Origin: an uncultured bacterium
GTDB taxonomy: Bacteria > Fermentibacterota > Fermentibacteria > Fermentibacterales > JCC-6
Length of the DNA: 64,000 bases
Reading direction: 5' to 3'
NCBI GenBank assembly: GCA_965371785.1
Contig: CBDUZS010000004.1
Coordinates: 1,963 to 65,962 of the forward strand
Shown here piece after piece: positions 57,152 through 64,000 of this stretch. The notes under the pieces were generated by a model, which saw only the letters and a list, made by a program, of their open reading frames with translations, was not told the DNA's origin and made no database searches. Both the position numbers and the translations under genes were made by a program. Every line of letters starts with the position of its first letter. Within the stretch, counting starts at the first letter, position 1.

Positions 57152-60100
57152 ATGCAGGACCAAGAAACTGACCGGGATCCGGAGATCATGGAGGAGGAAC
57201 CGGTAGTCGAGAAGAGGGCTCTGGTCATAGGTGGAGGAATTGCGGGCATACAGGCCGCTCTCGACCTTGCGGATGCAAGGATTCCAGTGACCCTCGTGGA
57301 GAGGTCCCCGGCCCTGGGCGGCCGGATGGCTCAGCTGGCCAAGACCTTTCCCTCGATGTACTGCTCCACTTGAATATTCGGGCCCAAGGCCATGGATGCC
57401 GGGCGGCATCCTCTGATCGACCTGGTGACGAATGCGGAGGTCATCGAATGCGAAGGTGACCCTGGCAGTTTCCATGTGAAAATCCGAAGGTATCCCCGCT
57501 ACGTGCTAGAGTCCTGCGTGGCATGCGGCCAGTGCGAGGATGTCTGCCCACAGGTCGGCGGCAACGAGTTCGACATGGGACTCAAGGCCAGGAAAGCGAT
57601 CTACAGACCCTACCCGCAGTCCGTTCCATCTACTTATACCATCGATCCCGATGCCTGCCTCAATTTCATGAGCTTCCTGACCGAGAAACAGAAGCAGAGG
57701 TTCGCGAAAGTTCAGACAGCCAAGCAAAAGAAAGACTCCGACTACGTACCCAACATCCTCGTGTGCGGTCACTGTCAGAAGGCCTGTGACGTGAACGCAA
57801 TAGACTTCGACATGACGGTAGAAGACCTCGAATTAGACGTTGGAGCCATACTGGTCGCTGTCGGCTTCAAGGAGTTCGACGCAAGGAAGCTTGGTAACTA
57901 CGGGTACGGACGCCTGCCGAACGTCGTCACAAGCCTCGAGCTCGAACGCATGCTAAGTCCCGCAGGTGTGACACAGGGTCACGTGGTGCGTCCCTCCGAC
58001 AGAAAGGTTCCGAGGCGCATTGTATTCATCCAGTGCGTCGGGGCAAGGGGTGAGGGCGGCAGACCTTACTGCAGCAGGTTCTGCTGCATGAACGCGGTCA
58101 AGGATTCCATGCTGATACGTCAGCATCAACCAGAAATCGAGGAGATATCCATCCTCTACACCGACCTGCGTGCCTTCGGAAAAGGTTTCGACGACTTCGT
58201 TCAGCGCTCGTTCAACGAGGAGAGTGCCGTGTACATCAGGGGACGACCCGCGAAAGTGGATCACCTGCCCGACGGTGACACGCTGGAGGTCTTCGTAGAG
58301 GACACCCTGGGTCACGAACAGAGACGCATACCTGCAGACATGGTCGTCCTTTCGGTTGCAGCAGCACCAAACGATGGTGCGGTGGAGCTGGCAGGCATTC
58401 TGGGAATAGACACTGACGAGTACGGATTCATCGCCCGTAAAGATGCAGCAATCTCGGCCGTCGAATCCACAAGGGAGGGCATCTACGTTTGCGGGAGTGC
58501 AGTAGGTCCCCAGATAATACCCGACTGCGTTGCGCAGGCGTCGGCATCTGCAGCGAGAGCAGGACTCTACCTTGCTGCACACAGGAAGGAAGAGGAAGAG
58601 AGGAAGGTCGAGCCCATGGACCTCTCCGGTCCTCCACGCGTTGGCGTTCTGATCTGTCATTGTGGGATGAACATAGCAGGCGTGCTGGACATCGAGAACC
58701 TGGTGGACTTCGCATCGACGCTTCAAGACGTTGTCGCCGTGAAGGAAGACATCTTCGCATGCTCCATGACAGGTCAGGACGAGCTGATCGAGATGATAAA
58801 GGAACACGGTCTCAACAGGATTGTTGTTGCAGCCTGTACACCCCGCACGCACGAGCCGGTTTTTCGCGATGCACTCGACCGGATAGGATTCAACCCCTAC
58901 CTGCTGGAGATGGCCAACATCAGGGATCAGTGCTCCTGGGTCCACTCGAAGCAGGTGAACGAAGCACAGGAGAAAGCCAGAGTGCTGATCCACATGAGCG
59001 TGGCAAGGGCAAAGAGACTCGAACCGCTGTACCAGACCGAAGCACCCATGACCAGGGCAGCTCTGGTCATCGGGGGCGGAATCGCAGGTATCCAGGCCGC
59101 AACCGACATGGCCATTCAGGGATTCCACGTAACACTCGTGGAGAAGACGGGCCGGCTCGGGGGACGCCTGGCAGACCCATGTCTGAAGCATCTCTACCCG
59201 AATATGAGATTAGCCTCGGAAGTGCTTGAAAAGAAGACCAGACTGCTCGAAGAAAGCGGTGCTGACGTACTGCTCAACACCGAAGTCGACCGGATAGAAG
59301 GGTTTGTCGGCAGCTTTGAAGTTACGTTCAAGGGAGAAACGACCGGAACGGCACCATTCGGCGCGATAATCATCGCTATCGGAGCAGACCTCTACGAGCC
59401 CGGGGACGGTGAGTTCGGGTACGGGAAGTTCGGCAACGTGATTACAAGCGAGCAACTCGAGAAAGCTTTCTGCAAAGGTGATGAGCTGAAATTCGGTGGG
59501 ATAGAGCCTAAGACCGCATCGTTCATTCTCTGCGTAGGCTCCCGGGAGAGAGACGGTTTCACAGGCTGTTCCCGATACTGCTGCCCGACCGCTATCAAAC
59601 AGGCGATGGAGCTGCACCGTCGGGGGATCGACACGACCGTTTTCTACAGGGACATAAGGACTGTATCCACGGGTGCCGAGGAGATGTACCGGCAGGCCCG
59701 TGGCGAGGGAGTCCTATTCATCAGGATTCCCCCCGAGCAGAAACCGGAGGTAGAGGGCAGAAAGCGGGTCGAGGTCGTCCGATGCTTCGATGACCTCCTC
59801 GGCAGGAAACTGGAAGTACCAACCGACCTCGTTGTACTCAGTGTGGGCATGAGACCCCTTCAGCCCGAGACGGAAACGTTCAAGGAGATGCTCAAGACCA
59901 GCGTCGGACTGGACGGATTCCTGCTCGAACGTCATGCCGATCTGGCACCCGTCGAGACAGTGGTCGAAGGAGTCATGCTGGCCGGGACGGCTCAGGGACC
60001 CAAGGATATCGTCGATTCGGTCGCACAGGCTTCGGCCGCAGCGGCAAAGGCAACAGTGTTCCTGGCGTTCGACAGTGTAAAACTCGATCCGACGATATCC

Positions 60101-60340
60101 GTTGTCAACGAAGAGAAATGCCGTGGCTGCGGTAAATGCCAGGAGATCTGCGACTTCAACGCACCGAAACTCGAAGAGATCGAACCCGGGCTCTTCGTAG
60201 CAAGAATTAATGCTTCCCTCTGCAAGGGCTGCGGAACCTGCGCCAGCTGGTGTCCGTCCGGAGCAATCGTCGCGAAGCACTTCACTGACGGACAGGTATA
60301 CGCGATGATCAGCGCCTTCTTCGGAGAAGAGAGCGTATGA
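57152..60340 (+). CDS. hdrA: Selenocysteine-containing fused 1.5x HdrA-like flavoprotein (in-frame UGA at 57371-57373 read as Sec)
   Basis: ORFs 57152..57373 and 57392..60340 share one frame. Across the UGA the protein reads [26 protein letters not shown], which matches the HdrA motif DCSxC-ILAPKM with Sec at the second Cys. The rest is collinear with 5529..8588 ([15 protein letters not shown]; [15 protein letters not shown]; C-terminal [19 protein letters not shown]). Confidence 0.8.
57394..57411 (+). promoter_or_regulatory. SECIS-like hairpin 21 nt downstream of UGA (GGAUGCC-GGGC-GGCAUCC)
   Basis: Perfect 7-bp stem with a 4-nt loop. Its position and spacing are identical to the second Sec site at 62617..62634. 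Confidence 0.6.
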
Positions 60341-60804
60341 CACCCGCGAAGAAGAGGACCAGCTGGGACCCCTCTATTGTCGTTTTCGCATGCAACTGGT
60401 GCTCCTACGCCGGGGCAGACACGGCTGGGGTATCGCGGTTCGAACACCAGCCGCACTTCAGGATGATAAGGGTGATGTGCTCGGGGAGAATTCAGCCGGC
60501 ATTCGTCTTTCGTGCTTTCGAGAAGGGTGCGGACGGCGTCATGGTTTCCGGGTGCCATTTCGGTGAGTGCCACTACATCTTCGGTAATGAGAGAGCAGTC
60601 GAACAGTTCGAGAAAACGATGAACGTGGTGAAGATGCTCGGAATAGAGGAGGGAAGGCTTCGGCTCGAGTGGATAAGCTCTGCTGAAGGAGCACGATTCG
60701 CCGAGATCATCGACGAATTCACAGACCAGGTTCGTGCGCTGGGTCCGAATCCCCTGGGCGGCAGGCCGGGCGGAAAAATACGCAAGAAGGGTGTTGCAGA
60801 GTGA
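60337..60804 (+). CDS. mvhD: MvhD/FlxD-type subunit
   Basis: CNWCSYAGADTAG, CSGRIQP and GCHFGECHY motifs. The ATG overlaps the hdrA stop. Confidence 0.85.
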   Translation: MTPAKKRTSWDPSIVVFACNWCSYAGADTAGVSRFEHQPHFRMIRVMCSGRIQPAFVFRAFEKGADGVMVSGCHFGECHYIFGNERAVEQFEKTMNVVKMLGIEEGRLRLEWISSAEGARFAEIIDEFTDQVRALGPNPLGGRPGGKIRKKGVAE

Positions 60805-61955
60805 GCAGTCAGAACGCCGGATCGATTCAGGAGCTGGCCAGCAGAACTAGAGCCTGGGCCTGCTACGACTGTGGGAAGTGTACGGCTACATGCCCGATAA
60901 CAAGGGCAGGCGCTGACTACAGCCCGCGGAAGCATGTTCTCGAAACGAACCTGGCTCACATTGAGGAGATCAGGGCCGATGGAAGCCTCGCAGTTTGCCT
61001 TACGTGCAGCCAGTGCGACGAGAGGTGCCCCGTCGAGGTCGATTATACCGGGCTGGTCCAGGGTCTCCGCGAGATGGTCTTCGACCCTTCTGCCGAACCG
61101 GAGTGCCCACACGGCGGTGCTCTCCAGTCCATTATGAGAATGATGGCGCGGGGGGGCACACAGCAGGCCAGACTCGACTGGATCGACGATTCCCTCGAGG
61201 TAAGCGCGAAGAAGGGGAAGGTCTTCTACTGGACCGGCTGCACCATGTACTTCGATGCCTTCTTCCCGGAATTCGAAGTTGCAACTCTGGGGGGAACGAA
61301 AGCAGCTATCCGATTACTCAACGCCCTCGGTGAGAAACCCGTGGTGTCACCAGACGAGAGGTGCTGCGGACACGATCTCCTCTGGAACGGTGACAGAAAC
61401 AGCTTCGAAGCTCTCGCGAAGTACAATATCAGCCTGGTGGAGAAGAGCGGAGCCGAACTCCTGGTTACATCCTGCGCCGAGTGCCTCCGCACGTGGAAAA
61501 TCGACTACAAACCCTACTACAGCACGAATCCACCGAAGATCATGCACATCTCAGAGCTGCTGGCCAACAGAACCGAGGATCTGAAACTGCAGATGACGGA
61601 AGAGAAGAAGGTCACATTCCAGGACCCCTGCCGCATGGGTCGACACCTCGGGATATACGACCCGCCAAGGCAGGTGCTGACCTCCGTTCCAGGCGTGGAA
61701 CTGATCGATATGCCGCGATCTGGTCGAGGTGCAATCTGCTGCGCGGGCGGCACCTGGTCGAACTGCGACCGCTACTCAAAGAAGATCCAGGTGAACCGCC
61801 TCAGGGAGGCCAGGGCAACCGACGCCGAGATACTGGTAACCGCCTGTCCGAAGTGCCAGGTTCACTACCGGTGCGCAATGAATGACCCGAACATCGGAGA
61901 CGATATCGCTATAGAGCTGCGCGACGTAGCAGAGATAGTCGCCGAAGCATTGTAG
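60801..61955 (+). CDS. HdrD-like (HdrC+HdrB fusion-type) protein: N-terminal 2x[4Fe-4S] ferredoxin plus two CCG domains
   Basis: CGKCTATCP and CSQCDERCP clusters. Two CCG motifs: ERCCGHDLLWNG..CAEC and AICCAGGTWSN..CPKC. GTG 60801 overlaps the mvhD stop. Confidence 0.7.
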   Translation: MSSQNAGSIQELASRTRAWACYDCGKCTATCPITRAGADYSPRKHVLETNLAHIEEIRADGSLAVCLTCSQCDERCPVEVDYTGLVQGLREMVFDPSAEPECPHGGALQSIMRMMARGGTQQARLDWIDDSLEVSAKKGKVFYWTGCTMYFDAFFPEFEVATLGGTKAAIRLLNALGEKPVVSPDERCCGHDLLWNGDRNSFEALAKYNISLVEKSGAELLVTSCAECLRTWKIDYKPYYSTNPPKIMHISELLANRTEDLKLQMTEEKKVTFQDPCRMGRHLGIYDPPRQVLTSVPGVELIDMPRSGRGAICCAGGTWSNCDRYSKKIQVNRLREARATDAEILVTACPKCQVHYRCAMNDPNIGDDIAIELRDVAEIVAEAL

Positions 61956-61987
61956 AAGAGTGTTCTGAACCAAGCGAAGGGAGGGTG

Positions 61988-64000
61988 ATGACTCCAGAGA
62001 AGACGGAGGATCAACTGAGGATCGGAGTGTTCGTCTGCGACTGCGGATCGAACATAGCCGGCACGGTTGATACCGCCGCACTCGCCGAATGGTCCAGCAG
62101 CCTGCCCGATGTGGTGTACGTCGGGAGGAACAGGTACTGCTGCGCGGACCCTGGTCAGAACGAAATCAAGGAGGCCATCGCTGAACACCGCCTTGACCGG
62201 GTGGTCGTAGCTGCCTGCACTCCCAGGCAGCACGAGTTCACGTTCAGGCAGTGTGTGAGCGATGCAGGGCTCAACCCCTACCTCCTCGAGATGGCCAACC
62301 TGAGGGAGCACTGCTCATGGGTTCACCGTAAGGACCCCGATGGTGCCAACCTGAAGGCCCGGGACCTGGTGGCGAGTGCAGTCGGGAGGGCTCACTTCCT
62401 CGAGCCGCAGGAGGAGATGACCATGCCTGTAACGCGAAAAGCGCTGGTCATCGGAGGCGGTATCTCAGGGATAGAAGCAGCCCTCGAACTCGCAGATTCA
62501 GGCCACAGGGTGGTCCTGGTGGAAAAGGAGGCATCAGTCGGTGGGATAATGGCACAACTCTACAAGACCTATCCCACAATGGACTGCTCGATATGAATAC
62601 TCGGGCCGAAGGCCATGGATGTCGGTCGGCATCCGAATATCGAGCTTCTGACGTTCTCCGAGATCGAAGAGGTTTCCGGTTACGTCGGTAACTTCACCGT
62701 CAGGATCAGAAAGAAAGCAAGGTACGTAGACCCCGATCAGTGCAATTCCTGCGGGGACTGTGTAGACGTTTGCCCCGTTGCCGTACCCGACGAGTTCCAG
62801 CTGGGTCTATCCTCGCGAAAAGCTATCTATATACCATTTCCGCAAGCGGTTCCCTGTACATACATCCTTAACATGAAGGACTGCCTGGGGAATAACCCCA
62901 TTGCATGCGGTGAGTGCGCAATAGTCTGTGAAAAGGAAGCAATCAACTACGACGACGAGGACGAGATCATAACGCGTGAGGTGGGAACGGTAATAATCGC
63001 CACCGGCCTCGACGTCTACGATCCAACCGAAATGGATGAGTACGGGTACTCTCGGTTCGACAACGTGATCACCTCTATGGAGTTCGAGCGGCTGATCTCC
63101 GCAGGCGGGCCAACTATGGGTCATTTCGTGAGACCATCCGATCAGACGCAGCCGAAACGCATTGGCTTCATCCAGTGCGTGGGTTCGCGAAACACGAAGA
63201 TCGGTAGACCCTACTGCTCCAACATCTGTTGTATGAACACGGTGAAGGACACCCTCCTCCTGGCCGAACACTACTCGGATATCGAGAACAACGTCTTCTA
63301 CCAGGATATCAGGGCGTTCGGAAAGTCCTTCGAGGACCTGTACCAGAGGTCCAAGGAAGCGGGAACCCGCTACATCAGGGGAATACCCGGTGACATAGAG
63401 GAGGATCCCGAAACCAGGAACCTCGTGCTCACCGTGGAGAACACGACTTCCGGGAAACTGGAGCGACATGAGCTGGACATGGTCGTTCTCTCCGTCGGCG
63501 TAGTGCCCTCCGAGGGTCAACAGAAGGTATCGAGCCAGTTCAATCTGTCGAAGACATCTGACGGCTTCTTCATGGAGTCGCACCCCAAACTCAGACCGGT
63601 GGAAGCACCCACAAGGGGCGTCTACTTCGCCGGATTCTGCGAAGCGCCAAAGGACATCAAGGACTCGGTCTGCCAGGCTGGAGCCGCAGCTTCCAAGGCT
63701 GGGGTTCTCCTCAACGCGGGCAAGATAAAGATCGAGGCGATAACCAGCGTTATAGATCCGGACCTGTGCATGAAATGCGGCATATGTGCGAAGGTCTGCC
63801 CGTACGGTGCAATTCACTGGAAGAAGGGTGAGATCGCCACCGTCATAGAAGCTGCCTGCGCCGGATGCGGCAACTGCGGCGCAGCGTGCGCTTTCGGTGC
63901 CATCACAATGCGCCACTTCACCGATGCCCAGCTCATGGCACAGATCAGGGCTATCCTGGCGGAGAATGCAAAGGACAAGGTCTTCGTCTTCGCCTGTAAC
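61988..64000 (+). CDS. hdrA: Selenocysteine-containing canonical HdrA fused to a C-terminal MvhD domain (3'-truncated at window edge; in-frame UGA at 62594-62596)
   Basis: ATG 61988 with GGGAGGG RBS. N-domain RIGVFVCDCGSNIAG. LVIGGGISGIEAALELAD. The motif TYPTMDCSI-U-ILGPKAMDVGRHPNIELL has Sec at the second Cys of DCSxC. Downstream: CNSCGDCVDVCPV, IQCVGSRNTKIGRPYCSNICCMNTVKD, CMKCGICAKVCPY..CAGCGNCGAAC. The last codons KVFVFACN begin an MvhD-type CNWC motif. Confidence 0.8.
62617..62634 (+). promoter_or_regulatory. SECIS-like hairpin 21 nt downstream of UGA (GGAUGUC-GGUC-GGCAUCC; GGUC apical loop)
   Basis: 7-bp stem with one G-U pair. The GGUC loop resembles the bacterial SECIS apical loop. 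It is a near-identical counterpart of 57394..57411. Confidence 0.6.

Noticed and set aside
57152-57373. 73-aa ORF called as an independent small gene, with 57392..60340 called as a separate 982-aa gene
   Set aside because: Both are in the same frame and separated only by a TGA, with six sense codons bridging them. The protein motif is continuous across the TGA and a SECIS-like hairpin follows. I treated it as one selenoprotein gene.
57953-59191. Minus-strand 412-aa ORF, and plus-strand 58489..59229 in another frame
   Set aside because: Both lie within, or antisense to, the Sec-HdrA coding frame.
62807-63916. 369-aa minus-strand ORF
   Set aside because: It lies antisense to the continuous plus-strand HdrA reading frame (61988..64000), which carries canonical HdrA motifs. 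It is a high-GC antisense shadow.

Overview
This 64-kb window comes from a high-GC (~57%) anaerobic bacterium. The organism call rests on GGAGG-type ribosome-binding sites, lipoprotein lipoboxes, a sigma-54 enhancer-binding response regulator and bacterial-type SECIS hairpins. Almost all of the window encodes flavin/iron-sulfur redox machinery of the heterodisulfide-reductase (Hdr) / flavin-based electron-bifurcation type. I found no rRNA, tRNA, CRISPR array, transposase or integrase.

Gene content in order along the window:
- 1..17.6 kb (+ strand): five HdrA-like genes in non-canonical architectures (a split and a fused '1.5x HdrA', and a 1493-aa HdrA-GltD-HdrA fusion), two MvhD genes, four paralogous Fe-S subunits of the FlxB/FlxC-HydB/AsrA-FrhB-like family, one FlxA/HydG-like FAD/NAD(P) subunit, an HdrC-like di-cluster ferredoxin, and a DUF1847-like Cys protein.
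- 17.8..20.1 kb: a membrane protein with an internal repeat, a hypothetical protein, a lipoprotein, and a bidirectional terminator.
- 20.1..33 kb (- strand, one long co-directional array): nfnA-nfnB, a REC + tandem-ACT response regulator, NuoE-like, NuoF-like, and a NuoG/FdhA-like protein that carries an inserted GltD module and a degenerate molybdopterin domain, followed by a PAS histidine kinase and a sigma-54 response regulator.
- 33..44 kb: three paralogous PEP-utilizer-N (pyruvate phosphate dikinase N-terminal, PPDK_N, ATP-grasp) domain proteins, two of them fused to N-terminal receiver domains, plus a relic gene end with its terminator; then gdhA and an OsmC-family protein.
- 44..54 kb: sucCD, split class-I fumarate hydratase, a lipoprotein, a P-type ATPase with a ~360-nt leader, a LapA-like small membrane protein, a membrane protein, a GNAT-MBL fusion, and a small Cys-rich protein.
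- 54..64 kb: a 4-subunit 2-oxoacid:ferredoxin oxidoreductase (delta-alpha-beta-gamma) followed after a 3-nt gap by a selenocysteine (UGA)-containing 1.5x HdrA, MvhD, an HdrD-like CCG protein, and a second selenocysteine HdrA that runs off the window into an MvhD fusion.

The two selenocysteine genes were split by the ORF caller at the in-frame UGA. Each has a near-identical SECIS-like hairpin 21 nt downstream of the UGA.

The most interesting features are:
- the Sec-recoded HdrA genes;
- the giant HdrA-GltD-HdrA fusion;
- an Stn-like NuoE/NuoF/GltD-NuoG module with a catalytically dead molybdopterin domain;
- the receiver-fused PPDK_N proteins.
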